A stretch of 64,000 nt of DNA from Malacoraja senta. Lineage: Eukaryota. Position 1 is the stretch's first letter. The number at the start of each line of letters is the position of its first letter. Positions 11,197-24,202 of the stretch are shown here, piece by piece. Location of the stretch: the NCBI GenBank assembly GCA_038087875.1, contig CM075984.1:27962001-28026000 (forward strand), in the 5' to 3' direction. The notes under the pieces were generated by a model. The model saw nothing but the letters and a program-made list of their open reading frames with translations. It did not search any database and was not told the origin of the DNA. The position numbers and the translations under genes are program-made.

Positions 11197-12924
11197 CCAT
11201 GTCCTTGAACATCACTTGTTCTACCAACTCCAAGCAGTCCTGGATTCATTCCTCTACTGGGGTACACTCTTGAGTTGCTTCCTATAAGCAGGAAGAAGGA
11301 GCACAGCCAGGTGGTCGGATTTACCAAAGTGAGATGGAGCGATCAGCATCTATGATGGTGGAATAGCAGTGGGCGTGGGTGTTTGATCCTCTGGTGCTGC
11401 AGGACACATGCTGGTGGTTGTTTGGATGTGATTTCTTTAAGCTGACCTTGTTGATGTCCCCAGCTATAATAGGAAAGAAGACGGGTAAGTTGTCAGGTGT
11501 TTGTTGACCATGGCATGTAGCCCCATCCAGTGCTAGACGGAAGTCTGCCTCGGGTGGGATGTGGACCACAGTCATGATGTTGGAGGTGAATTACCTCGGG
11601 AGGTAGAAGGAATGGCACTTCACCACTAGATGTTCCAGGTGCAGAGAGCAGGAATTGGACATGAGGATGGGGGATTCAATTACAATCGGCAGCTCCGTTG
11701 TCGTCAGGGGATTGCAATAACTCTAATCCATTTAAATGGACTAGTAGCTTGTCAGCTACATCACTGATTTGTGCTATTTCTTTTATCCAAATAAGTTCAG
11801 AACTGTTACATTTGATTCTTTGGTATTGTGCTGTTGGCAAAATGTGGCCAAAGCATGGCGCCATTCTTTTCACTGATCCTCTGTGAAAGATAAAAACACA
11901 CACAATTTAGCTGTTGGTTCTTTCCTCACCATTCAGGACAGATGCCTTCCAATACCTCAGCCACATGGTAATTAAGGCAGTGATGTGAATTCATTGTGAA
12001 TCCAGACCAACAGGTGAAATTCCTTCTGAATATTTCCAATAAAGTGCGTACTTGCATAAAGCAAACACTACACAGAGCGTGCACCAATATCCTTCATGGC
12101 AATCAAACATAAGCAGCAAGAATAACAAGAAACCATTCTAATAAATGCAAATAATAATATCAGAATTATGTCATGACAGCCAACTCCATACACCTGATCT
12201 TTTCCTGACCCAATGGCCGAATGACAGAACAATCTCCCAAGCCGAAATAATCCCCTGGTTTTCCAAGTTTTCTCTGAGGTAAATCCATATATTCAACACG
12301 GAATGCAGCCAGAACTGGGGAGCTTCTAAGAGAAAACTGCTTATCACTTCCAAACTTATCCTGTTGTTAGGCCCTCTTTATTGTTTTGATTTACCATTAT
12401 ATACCAATGTTTAACCTCAGTCAATTGTAAAATTCTGACCATAGTAAAATCATTCCATAGAAGGAATCTATGTATTTGAAAGAAGATTGCAAGTGATTGT
12501 AACGATGGAAAAAATATCTTTACAGAGCCTACAATCATTATTCCATCAATACTGTATTGTTTATCACAATCTTGTAAGTGCCCAACAGCAATGATGCAAA
12601 TGCTCATCTCGAATATAATTATATTTTGACATTCTCTTTGGCATTATACAGTTTTGTTTGTAATTAAGTGAAGATGCATCTCCTGAGTTATGACAGACCG
12701 GACTAATGCTTCATTAGCATACTGACACATTCATGTATTTAAATCACCAGAATCATCTGTCAGGGTCACACTTAGACTATGACCTTACATTTGTTGGAAA
12801 AGTTCAATGAGGTGAGTAAAATTGATAGCAATGAGCTGTCCATTTAAATTGGATGAATATCCAAAGAGATGCTGGGCAAAATCCAGATGTGTATCAAGGC
12901 TATAAAAATCGAAATATAGAAGCT

Positions 12925-14345
12925 CATAAGTTCATAAGTCATAGGAGTATAATTAGGCCATTCGGCCCATCAACTCTACTTCACATTCAATCATGGCTGA
13001 TCTATTGCTCCCTCAACCCCTTTCTCCTGCCTTCTTTCTGTAACGTTTGATATACTTACTGATCACAAACCTGTCAACCTCCGTTTTAAAAATACCCAAA
13101 GACTTGGCCTCCACAACCGTCTGTGGCAATGAATAATACCGATTCACCACCCCATGATTAAAGAAATTCCTCCTCATCTCCTTTCTAAATGTACGTCCTC
13201 GTATTTTGAGGACATGGCCTCTGGACCTGGACTTTCCCACTAGTGTAAACATCCTCTCCACATCCACTTTATCCTGCCCTTTTACTCTTGGGTATGTTTC
13301 AATGAGGTCCACCCCTTCATCCTTCTAACCTCCAGTACAGGCCCAGAGCCGTCAAATGCTCATTATACGTTAACCCAATTATCCCTAGGATCATTCTCGA
13401 AAACCTCCTCTGGATTCTTTTCAACCCCAGCACATCCCTCCTCAGATATGGGGCCCAAATTTACTCACAATACTGCAAATACGGTTTGACCAGTGCCTTA
13501 TAAAGCCTCAGCATTACATCCCTGTTTTTATATTCTAGTTCTCTCTAAATAAATGCTAACGTTGCTTTTGCCTTATGAGCCTGTTCCACTTAGGCGATTT
13601 TTTAGGTGACTGCATGTTCGCCGGTGGTCGCCCATGTGTTGCCTGTATAGTCGTGAGTAGGCTTCTCAGTCGCGCAAAGAGTGGTAGCGTCTTTCTGGTT
13701 GCCGCAAAATTTTTAACATGTTGAACATTTTTCGGCGACAGTGGGTTTGACGCATATTTTGACTTCTCCTGACGTTGGCGACTACCTACGTCAACCTACG
13801 TCAATCGGCGACAGGTACCGGCGACTGAATTGTCTTACCTTGTCGCGGGTGGTCGTAGGTTGTCGTAGGTGTGGCCGTAGGTGGACGTCCTAATGGTCGC
13901 TGGTTGTTGGTAGCTTGCCGTCGACTAGGAGGTAGGTTGTTGTAGACATTGTCGTAGACATTTTCGTAGGGGGGGGGTCCAGTCGCCGGTTTCTCGGCAA
14001 CCTGCTACGACTATGACAGTCGCCGGCCGTCGCTGAAAAATCGCCTAAGTGGGACAGGCCCATTACTTACTACCGATTCAACATGCAAATTTACTTTTTG
14101 GGCACCAGCATTCCCAAGTCCCTTTGCACCTCTGATTTCTGAATCCTCTCCCCAATTAGAAAATAGTTTTAATTCATATTATTCCTCTTTATTCCCACCA
14201 TCAAGGTACATGACCATACACTTTGCTACGCTGTATTCCACCTGCCGCCTCTTTGACCACTCTCCCAACCTGTCCAAGTCCATCTGCAGAATCCCTGCTT
14301 TCTCTTCACTACCTGTCCTCCACCTATCTTCGTATCATCCATAAG
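12925..14345 (-). mobile_element. CR1 LINE 3' portion interrupted by a MITE
   Basis: ORF remnant DLIETY..KGQDKVDVERMF..RGHVLKIRG..RRNFF; (cataagt)n-type tail at ~12925. Confidence 0.85.
13576..14062. mobile_element. PIF/Harbinger-type MITE, 487 bp
   Basis: TIRs tgagcctgttccacttaggcgattttt / aaaaatcgcctaagtgggacaggccca; TTA target duplication at 13573-75 and 14063-65. Confidence 0.88.
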
Positions 14346-14779
14346 CTGGCCATTTAAATATGAGTTGTTCTAGAATGATGCATTATCTGCCATTAAAACC
14401 AATCACCATAAATGTTGCTATATTTTTTTTAAGAGTCATACAACATGGATATGGCCTCTTCAGCCCAACTAGCCCATGCTGACTAAGATGACCCATCTAA
14501 ACTAGTCTCAACTGTCGGTATTTGGTCCATATCTCTCTAAACCTTTCTAATCCATGTAGCTGTCCAATTGTATTTTAAATGTTCTTATAGTGCCTGCCTC
14601 AACTATCTCCTCTGGTAGCTCGTTCCATATAGCTACTACCCACTGAGTGAAAAGGTTGCCCTTCAAGTTCCTTTCTCCTCCCACCTTAAACCAATGTCCT
14701 CTGGAGCCCCCTAATCTGGGTAAAAGACTCTGTACTCAACACTCGGACTGATGAAGGCCAACGTGTTAATAGAATTTTC

Positions 14780-14906
14780 AAGAAGGAACTGCAGATGCTG
14801 GAAAATCGAAGGTAGACAAAAACGCTGGAGAAACTCAGTGCGTGCAGCTGCATCTATGGACCGAAGGAAATAGGCAATGTTTCGGGCCAAACCCCTTCCT
14901 CAGACT
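14780..14906 (-). mobile_element. Penelope-like pLTR fragment
   Basis: Reverse complement of the sequence following the GIY-YIG ORF at 48835-48960. Confidence 0.75.
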
Positions 14907-16509
14907 CAGCTTGACCACCCTATTGACGTGACGTGACTTTCACTGAACTATGCAACTGCACTCTGATATTTTTCTGCTTTGCAACACTATCCAGAGCCCT
15001 GCCATTCTCTGTTAATGTCCTGCCCTGTTTTGACTTCCTAGTCAAAGATGTGGAGTTTTAAATGAAGATGCTACCTGACCAGTAACCAGTGTGGGCCAAC
15101 ACTAACATAGAAGTGAAACAGGATGTGGTGTGAGTGGAGGAAAGGGCAGAAGGATGTTTGATGAGGCATGTTTACGTGAGTAGAAGATGGGAAATTGATC
15201 AGAAAGCATGAGAAAGAATCAGCTCAAGAGGAGCAAAAGGAATGGACATTTTGCTCCAAATAAGTGCAAGTTCCTGTTAAATGTAGCTGCTTTCTTGACT
15301 ATTTTTCCACCGAATGGATTCAGTTTTAGTTTAATAGTGGCTTTAAAACAAGAACATTTTCCGATTCACCTCTGTTTTGAGCTCAGACATCAGCAACGAG
15401 CGCTGTGCTGTGCTGTTACGAACCCATTGTTTGGGTAATATTTTACACAACGAGTGGACAAGGTTGGGTGACTTTATTGTTCAATGAAACTCCTGTTAAT
15501 TGGAGTAGAGAAGTCAAAAATCCATCTCGGGCTCAAACATAATGCAAACATAGGATTGTAAACAGTGCCCAGCGAGGGTAATTTAAGAAAAATCATAAAA
15601 ATAAATTACAAATGCTATAAATGTGAAATAAATCCCCCAGTAAATGCAGGAAATGCTCAGCAAGTCAGAAAGTACCTCTGGTATCTCAGAGAGAAACAAT
15701 TAATGATTTGGGACAAAGTCCCTTCATTAGAACTGAGAAAGAAAATAAATACGCCATTTTTAAGGCACAGAGATGGTGGGGGTGGACAGGATAAAGGGAA
15801 TATCTGTGAGAGTGTTGGGTGTGGGGCCAGGTCTGTGTTCTGGCTTTCTTTACATGTGTTATGTGTAGCAGGCCATGGGACATGTTCAGAAAATTAAGCT
15901 GAGATATAACCTGAGTCACAAATGGATGACTCACCATAGAAATTTCCAGTTCTAATACATGTGGAAAGAGAGAAAATGTGAGTTACCTGAACTTGAGAGT
16001 TCAATATTGAGAGGGATGCAATCACTATTCTTAGAATTGAGTGCCTGCGAGGAAAAGTGACTGTAAGCATATGAATATTAACCAGACCGCCCAGAAATAT
16101 TGTGGCCATGAGACCAGGTATACTGTATCATGATCCACCTTCTAATGCCACAAAGCCTTTCCAGCATCAATAAGATACAAGTCAGCAACACAATGGAGTT
16201 TTCTCTACCATAACACTCAAGACGTTTAACATTATTCCGCACAAAGCAGCCACTTAATTGCTGTTCTGTCCATTCCCTAAGCATTAGTTCGCTGCATCAC
16301 TGGGTCCACGTTCAGAACCTCTATCCGCAACACTACAGTGGGAGCACTGTCACCACACAGACTGCAGGTGATCCAAAAATGAATAATACATACTAGCCTT
16401 GCCCATGCCCAAAATAATGAAAACATGACAAAATCCTAGAGTTTAGGTTTAGCTTTGATCTTGTCAGCTCAAGACGGCCCACCAACGGGGAATATAGAAG
16501 AGATCGGAA

Positions 16510-16602
16510 AAGAAGGCTCTCGACCTAAAACGTCGCCCATTCCTTCTCTCCAGAGATGCTGCCTCACCCGCTGAGTTACTCCAGCTTTTTGTGTCTACCT
16601 TC
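16510..16602 (+). mobile_element. Penelope-like pLTR fragment
   Basis: aagaaggctctcgacctaaaacgtcgcccattccttctctccagagatgctgcc...tgtgtctacctt. Confidence 0.75.
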
Positions 16603-17119
16603 AGAAATCTTTCATCTTTATACTGCCGCTCTTAAACCCTGCACATTTTTGTATGAAGCCAGACTGTCTGCAATTGATTGGTAGCATACTATGTGTGTTG
16701 AGTATATAGGCTGACTTAATTGCTGCCGCCCTGGTATTATATGAGTTAGTGTAAATCTGAGAGGGAGCCTTTCTATTTCTGATTGCGCAGTTGAAAGTTT
16801 ACAGTGTATCTGCTCAGTTACAAACCTCTGCCAGATGTAGCTGAATGTGACAAATGTCAGTTGATAAATAATCAAGTCTGGAAGATTAATACCTCTGACT
16901 CAATGCTGACAATTTTGGCCTGGGGTGTACATAAACTATTACACATAAACATTTATGTGCATGGTAACTCAAATTTCACTGTACCAATTGGTGCATGTGA
17001 CAATAAATGTGAACTTGAACTTGAACATTTGCATGAGTCTATCTCATTACTTCCTTTGCTTTGGCTCCTTTAGACTTCTTCCTAGGCATGTGAAACTCAG
17101 TTGATGTCAGTCATCGGGC

Positions 17120-17465
17120 CATGGAGTCATACAGCGTGGAAACAGGCTATTCAGCCCAACTTGCCCACACCGGCCAACATGTCCCAGCTACACTAGTCCC
17201 ACCTGTTTACGTTTGGCCCAAATCCCTCCAAACCTCTCCTATCCATGTACCTGTCTAACAGTTTCTTAAATGTTGTGATAGTCCCTGCCTCAACTACCTC
17301 CTCTGGCCACTCGTTCCATACACCAACCACCCTTTGTATGAAACATTTACTCCTCAGATCCCTGTCGAATCTTTTCCCCTTCGCCTTAAACCTATGTCCT
17401 CTGATCCTCAATTCCCCTAATCTGGCCAAGAGACTCTGTGCATCTACCCGTTCAATTGCTCTCAT
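17120..17465 (-). mobile_element. CR1 LINE 3' fragment
   Basis: RGHRFKAKGKRF..QRVVGVWNEWPEEVVEAGTITTFKKLLDRYM is the CR1 ORF2 C-terminus. Confidence 0.88.
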
Positions 17466-17569
17466 CAGTGTTCAGCATACATACACCACCTTCTTGCTCT
17501 TCCAGTTTTTAGAAGTGGGCTTGTCACAGAATGAAACCTTTACACCGAGTTCCTCCAACAGCAGATAGT

Positions 17570-18370
17570 GACAGTGATAGCATTTCTGATGAACAGTATG
17601 AGCCAGCGCATTGATACAATTGCAAAGAAAGCTCACAAATGCCTTTACTTTCTCAGAAGTTTGAGGACAATCAACATGTCTGCCGAATACTCTATCAAAA
17701 TTCTACAGGTGTGAAGTAGAAGGCATTGATTACTTGAATCGCAGCCTTTTTCGGTAATTGGAATGGCCAAGAACAAAGGATGCTGCAGAAGGTGGTGGAC
17801 ATTGCCTGGTCCATCGTGGGTATAAATCTCCCTACCATTGATGAGATCTAGAGGAAGCGCTGCCTCAAGAAGGCAGGTAATATCATCAAACACCCATACA
17901 ATCTCCTCATGTTCTAATCTCACTGCTACCATTGAGAAGGTATAAGAGCCTGTGAACCATTCCCTCCAGGTTCAAGAACAGCTTCTTCCCAACAACCATT
18001 AGGCTCTTGACTCACCAAGCACTACCTTAACCGCAACCCGACCTCAGCAACTTAAACTCGTCGTAGTGGCTATCCCTCGAGGTCGAGGATGATGGACTCT
18101 CAGGTGGCTTTTGAGTCCAATCCTGGCTTTGAAAGTTGGCTTGGAAATCCTGGCATTCAGGACAGGTATTTCCAGATGGCAGATCGGGCTTTGGTTGTTG
18201 CTGCCTCTCTTTCCGTTTTCTTCTCTTTTCTTCTAATTCTAATTCCAAGTATGACTGATAATGTATTGTATATTTATTTGTTGAGTTTTGTCTAATGTGC
18301 CTGTAAGACTGCAGCGATAAAAATATCAGTGTTTTGGTCTCAGTGCATAAAACAATAAAACACTCTTTCT
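17570..18370 (+). mobile_element. Rex1-like LINE 3' fragment with nested RTE piece
   Basis: aagaaagctcacaaatgcctttactttctcagaag...ggttcaagaacagcttcttcccaacaaccattaggctcttg; AATAAA near 18355. Confidence 0.7.
18055..18245 (-). mobile_element. RTE (BovB-like) LINE 3' end
   Basis: EEKRRKRKERQQQP...TCPEC then, across a frameshift, FKARIGLKSHLRVH, the C-terminal zinc knuckle of RTE elements. Confidence 0.75.
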
Positions 18371-19744
18371 TGACTTTTCATTTTTGGCCTGAAAACTGGT
18401 GGGATCATTGTTGTCCATTTCAACTACAACAGTGCATCAGTTTATTAAAAATCATTGAGTTTGTTCCCTCTCACACCAAACCCATCTGCCAGATTCCCAG
18501 ATTCCTCTGGATTCTGCACAGATACCTTGTTTGCTGCAGGATATGCCGACAAAAACTCCCCAGCTTCAATGAAAACTCGTTTTTAACTAGCAAAAGAGAT
18601 GCAGAGATGCCCCACTTGGACAGGTACATGGATAGGAAACGTTTCAAAGGAGATCGACCAAATGTAGGCATGTAGGATTAGCAGATGGGGCATCTTGTGC
18701 AGCATAAACCAGTTGGTCCGAAGGGCCTGTTTCCGTGCTGTAAGACTCTTTAACGCCATGACTCGTGTTCACTTTGAATAATGACTGTGTATATGTCTGG
18801 TTTATTTAAGAGCCAAGCAGAGCAAATCCCGGGCCAAAAGAACATGAGACACATATTTTTATAATTTGATGGACTAGGTTGTGCAAGGAATGAGCTGACA
18901 GCATTAATATCAATTCATTTTATGGTTTAGACATAATGAATATTAATTGTCATTCATGTTGAAAGTGGAACTGAGTATTGTAACATACAATGAATTATTC
19001 AAGCTGGATAGAGTTTTATCAGTCCAGTTCGTGGTGGCCGGTCGGTATTCATCAGAATGGTAGATCTCCTCAGGACATCGAAAGCCCACAGTGATTAATT
19101 AATTTGTACTGAAGCCAAGGTTTTGTTCAGGCTGTTGCCTCTGTGATAGCGATTTGTTTGGCTTCCCTGTGTGGAGTGCAATAGATTACATCAAACACAA
19201 CTGCAAATTCCGATCAATACCATTAATTTCACTGTATGATGAACATTAAATAATCCTTCTGTTCACTTTTTATGTATTGAAAGTAAAATATTAGTGCATT
19301 GTAAAGAGATTCATCTTGCCTTGTATTTTAATGCTGGGATTCAATATTAAGGACCACATTAATCTCATAGGAGATTAATAATAATGTTATTAATATAAAG
19401 CACCACGTTTAGTTTGGCTCATCAGTGAGAAACGAGCTTAACCCAGACTATAAAACACACTCCTTTCATACTGGTGTATTTTATTGTGCATTGGTGACTT
19501 ACAAAAGCATCTCCCTCTGACTCTTCACACCTCCTCAGACTTGCATCAGCTTCTTATGATAAATGGTGTCATCAGATTAGGTTCAGTTGGAGAAGGACAG
19601 TCAGGCAATCATGTGCCTGACCTGGAACAACAAAGCAGAGCGGAAAAATCAGAACTTAAAATAAGCCAATACATATCACACAACTACTCCATTCCAGCTG
19701 AGGCAGATGCATCAAGTGAGTTTGAATCGGGAGGCTGGTATTGT

Positions 19745-20030
19745 TTGTGCATGTAGGCATGTGTGTGCATGTGTGTACACATGTGAACATTTTTATACAG
19801 GCATATGTCAACATGTACGTGTGTGTATACATGCGTTTGTATGAAGTTTGTGTGCACATGTGCTGTGTACAGATGTGCGTGCACGAACAAAGGTGCATGT
19901 GAATGCATGCGAAATCTGTGCCAACATATGAATATATGCTTGTGTGGATGTGTATGAGTTGGATAAGCTCAATGTCCATAGGTGTGTGTGTGTGTGTATA
20001 AGTTCTGTGAACATTAGCATGTGTGTGTAA
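19745..20030. repeat. Degenerate (TG/CA)n-rich simple repeat
   Basis: gtgtgcatgtgtgtacac... low complexity. Confidence 0.85.
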
Positions 20031-20037
20031 GCTCTGT

Positions 20038-20866
20038 GTCAAAGGTCAAATGTTCTTTATTTGTCACATACACCAATTGGTGTAGTGAAATGCGTATTGC
20101 AGCACATAAAAAAAGAATACAACATAACAATAATAAATACATTTTAACATAAAACACATCCCCGCACAATGGTTCCCACTGTGAGGGAAGGCACAAAGTC
20201 CAGTCCCCATCCCCATGTCCACCCAAAGTCGGGCCTATTTTGGCCTCCGCAGTCGCCTTTACGGAGGCCCGATGTTCCAGGCCCTTCTCGCCGGATGATG
20301 GTGCTCCGGCGGCGGGAGAATCCTCACGGCGGCATGGGAAACCTGGAACGGCCGCTTCCTTACTGGAGACCGCGGCTTCCGAAGCCGACAGGCCGCGCTG
20401 GATGGAGCTCCACCACTGGCGATCTCGGCGAGAGATCCCAGGCTCCCGATGTAAAGTTGGCCGCTCCACAGACCCGCAGCTCTGCGATGGTTTTTTTTTA
20501 GTGGCAGACTCAGCATTCCGGAGTTCCAGCGCGGCGACCCGGGCAAGGCATCGCCCGCTCCGCGATAGCGCTCCAGCGCTGTGCCGCCGCCGAAGCCGAG
20601 GTTCTGGCCGGCCCCCTCAGGAAATGCCGCTCCAGGCCCGCTGGTAGGCCGCGAGGACGGGTCGAAGATGCTGCCCGGAGAAAAGCCGCCTCTCCAATCA
20701 GGTAGGGACCCTGAAAAGCAATTTACCCCTTCCCCCCCACCCCCACATAAAAAAGACTAGAGCTCCAAAAACCAAAACACTGTAACTAACTAAATGTTTT
20801 TTTAAAAGAGGTGAAAAATGGACAGCTGCAGGCTGGGCAGCCATACCCATACAGGACGGCGGCCCC
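20038..20866 (-). mobile_element. Non-autonomous CpG-rich retroposon (same family as 8666-9524)
   Basis: Reverse complement of the gccttccctcacagtgggaac / gatgtgttttatgttaaaatgt 3' block and of the 5' ggctgcc...ttatgtgggggtgggggg block. Confidence 0.75.
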
Positions 20867-21900
20867 TCTAGTCTGGTCTGTGTGATGGACTGGGCTACAT
20901 CTACGACTCTCTGCAATTTCTTGTCATCTTGGGCAGAGCTGTTTCCCACCCAAGCTGTGATACAACCTGACAGTGTGCATCTGTAGAAGTTTGTAAGAGT
21001 CATTGGAGAATGCCGAATTTCCTCAGACTCCAAAGGAAGTAGATGTGTTGACATGCCTTCTTGGCTGTCAGAACAATGTGGTTGTCCATGACAGATTGTT
21101 GATAATATTCATGCCAAGATACTTGAAGCTCTCCACCATTTTCACTTCTGCACTGTTGGTGCTGATTGGGACATGTATTCCACTGTGCTTCCTGAAGTCG
21201 TTACCTAGCTCCTTCGCCTTGCTGACATTGGGGGAGAGGTTGTTGTTCTGACACCATGATACTAAATTCTCTGTCTCCTATCTGCACTCTATCTCTTTAT
21301 TATTCGTGATCCGGCCCACCGTAGTGGTATCATCAGCAAACCTGTAGATGGAGTTAGAGCTGAATTTGGCCGTACACCCATGAGTGTGCAGGGAGCATAG
21401 TGGGAGACGGAGAACGCATCCATTATTTTGGAGGTGTTGTTACCGATCCTCGCTGATTGTGGTCTGCGGGTCAGAAAGTCGAGGGTTCAGTGGCAAAGGG
21501 GGGGATTCTGATTCCTGAGTCCAGAAGTTTGGAGATGAGTTTGGATGGGATTATGTTGTTGAAGGAGGATCCATAGTCACTAAACAAGAGTCTAATGTCA
21601 GAGTTTCTGTTGTCTTAATGTCCCAGAGATGAGTTTAAGGCCTGGGAGACGGCGATGGTGGATTTGTGGTGGCGGCACACAAACAACTGTAGATCAAGGT
21701 TGGTTGGGAAGCTGGAGTTAATGTGCACCATCACCAGACAGTTGAAACACTCCTTGATGGTGGTTGTCAGAGCCACTGGCTCTATCATTAATGCACGCTA
21801 GCTTACTTTTCTTTGGCACTGGGATGATAGTGGTCTTCTTGAAGCAGGTGTGGATCTCAGAATGAAGTAGTAAGTGGTTAAAGATGTCTGTGATGTCTGC
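20867..21900 (-). mobile_element. Rex1-like LINE RT fragment
   Basis: DIFNHLLLHSEIHTCFKKTTIIPVPKK and LTNFYRCT..SGCITAWVGNSSAQD.KKLQRVV motifs. Confidence 0.82.
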
Positions 21901-22538
21901 TGAACTCGTCCATACCAACTGATTTGCCCAACCAAGTTAGTCCCTCTTGCCTGTGCCTGCCCACAACCCTCCAAACCTTTCCTATCCATGTACCTGTCCA
22001 AGTATCTCTTAAACTCTGTAATTGTACCCTCCCCTATCACCTCCTCTGGCAGCTTATTCCAAGACTGGAGCAAGTTGTTCTGGGGTCAGTTATAAATTTT
22101 TCCTCACTCAACCGTAAACTTATGCTCTCCAGTTTTAGATTCCCATAACTTGGAGAAAAGACTGTGACCATTTACTTTATCACTTAATTGATTGCACCTA
22201 TTAATTGAGACTTAGATAACGTGAGATATCAAGTAATGAGGTAATTAAAATAAACCAATAAATCCTCGATGTGTTTTATTTTGCAATTTGGAAGACAATC
22301 ATTTTCTGCAGACATTCCAGAACATGGGTCGCGGAACCGGGAGTCTGCAGTCCCCCAATTTTTTGGCTAGACATGTTTCAATGTCTCCGGCTTTGGACAA
22401 GGTGCTGCTGTGCTCTGAGCAACCTGGTCGTGGGTGTTGGGGAGCCGGGACGGAGGGAGGGATGAAAGCAGAAGCAACGGCGAGGTCAGATGCGGACGGG
22501 GAACCGGGGCTGGCGAGTGGCTCGCTGCAGCTCCAGCC

Positions 22539-22685
22539 ATGGAGCAGCCTCAGTGCAAGAGTCCCTGGCCGTCGGAAGCGTTGCGCCGCTGCTGTGAGAG
22601 ACTCTGCGCCGAATTCGCCCTAGTGACCGTCATGGACCAGGCTGCGGCTCGGTGCATCCTGGAGGACAACCAGTGGCTGCTGGAA
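22539..22685 (+). CDS. TDP2: First coding exon encoding a TDP2-type N-terminal UBA-like domain
   Basis: Kozak gccATGG; MEQPQCKSPWPSEALRRCCERLCAEFALVTVMDQAAARCILEDNQWLLE matches the TDP2 pattern (human RRLLCVEFASVASCDAAVAQCFLAENDWEME); phase-0 donor GAA|gtaggt at the position where I recall TDP2 intron 1; no phosphodiesterase exons found in the window. Confidence 0.65.
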
Positions 22686-22789
22686 GTAGGTACCAAACAC
22701 TGGGATGAAGCGGTGGAAGATAGTGGATTTCAAATGGGGGTGGTTGGAGAAAGCATCCTGCTTGCCTGCTAGATTTTCACTTACTGTAA

Positions 22790-23120
22790 CTGCAGGAAAA
22801 TGTCTCCGACGTTGGGGAAGCCCAGAACCAGGGGTCACAGTTTAAGAATAAGGGGTGGGCATTTAAGATTGGGATGAGGACAAACTTTCTTCACGCAGAG
22901 GGTTGTGAATCTGTGGAATTCTCTGCCACAGAAGGCAGTGGAGGACAATTCACTGGATGTTTTCAAGAGAGAGTTACATTTAGCTCTTGGGGCTAACGGA
23001 ATCAAGGGATATGGGGAGAAAGCAGGAACTGATTTTGGATGATCAGCCATGATCATATTGAATGGCAGTGCTGGCTCGAAGGGCCGAATGGCCTCTTCCT
23101 GCACCTATTTTCTATGTTTC
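22790..23120 (+). mobile_element. CR1 LINE 3' fragment
   Basis: ccagaaccaggggtcacagtttaagaataagggg...gggccgaatggcctcttcctgcacctattttctatgtttct. Confidence 0.88.
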
Positions 23121-23194
23121 TAAGCTTGAGTATATGGCAATAAAACTCGACCACTTGATTTTGAAGCATTCATGCATGGTGGAGGTATAATGTA

Positions 23195-23510
23195 GTCATA
23201 GAGTGATACAGTGTGAAAACAGGCCCTTCGGCCCAACTTGCTCACACCCGTCAAACAAGTCCCAGCTACACTACCTGCTTTTGGTCGATATCCCTCCAAA
23301 CCTGTCCTATCCATACATCAGTCTAACTGTTTCTTAAATGTTGGGATAGTCCCTGCCTCAACTACCTCCTCTGGCAGCTTGTTCCATACTCCCACCACCC
23401 TTTGTGTGGAAAAAGCTACTCCTCAGATTCCTATGAAATCTTTTCCCCTTCACCTTAAATCTGTGCTCTGGTCCTCGATTCACCTACTCTGGGCAAGAGA
23501 CTCAGTGCAT
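23195..23510 (-). mobile_element. CR1 LINE 3' fragment
   Basis: Same subfamily as 17120-17465. Confidence 0.85.
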
Positions 23511-23844
23511 TGAAATGTATATTTCTAATGCATTTTAGATTTCTCGAAAGTTCTTATTTTTAAAATAGTAACGTTTCCGCAAACATATACCCCCTTTAAA
23601 ATTGTCATGGTTTGATGATTCTAAATTCAAATCAAAATGAAATATAAGTCAAAAGGAGAACGCATACTTTAAAAATACTCTGATTTTTTTCCCCAAGCAA
23701 AATATAATTTGTATGACTTTGCAAAATCAGGAAATGTTATGATTATTTCTTGTCCCTTTTTCCATCTACAGAGAAAAAAAAATGGCACTTCAAATTATAG
23801 CGCATTTAAACGTTTTTTTGTCAAATTTTCTGTACCGTGGAAGG

Positions 23845-24202
23845 CATTGGCGTCGATCTGGGGAGGGGGGGATGGGGGATATATCCCCTCACGTTTTGAG
23901 GTGGGGGATGGCCTGTATTATTATCCACCAGTTTTTGGAGGTCGAGCAATTACATAATAATTATCACCTGCTCCTATCTCTCATGTAGGCCCTAATATTA
24001 TCTTAAAAATACTTCGAACAAAAAACATTGAAATCATGCTTCTACAATGCACTAAAACATGATTTTAATACATTACATTTTAAAAAGTCCCTACCCACAC
24101 CCTCCTCCCAACTCGGTCGCTCATCTCCCTCCCCAAGGCCAGTGATCAGTGATCGCTCAGCCCCCCCCCCCCCCCACTTTAAAAAATGCTCCGCGGTCCC
24201 TG
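23845..24202. mobile_element. Possible non-autonomous DNA transposon (hAT-like)
   Basis: Imperfect termini cattggcgtcg...ggggggg / ccccccc...cgcggtccctg; no clear TSD. Confidence 0.35.

Larger units (their letters stand above)
7880..11660 (-). mobile_element. Decayed Rex1/Babar-like LINE (APE + RT) with nested insertions
   Basis: Minus-strand remnants IIAGDINKVSLKK / HVSCSTRG (APE) and LLFIDYSLTFNTI..KLRELGL..WILDFL (RT); (tcttgac)n-type tail near 7880-7915; interrupted by SINEs and the 8666-9524 element. Confidence 0.8.

Noticed and set aside
16078-16400. LREWTEQQL...KRLECY as another dynein-like relic
   Set aside because: Overlaps sequence that looks like an old LINE fragment on the + strand and is out of the expected order; ambiguous
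19656-20042. His/Thr/Cys-rich ORFs
   Set aside because: Translation of degenerate (CA)n repeat
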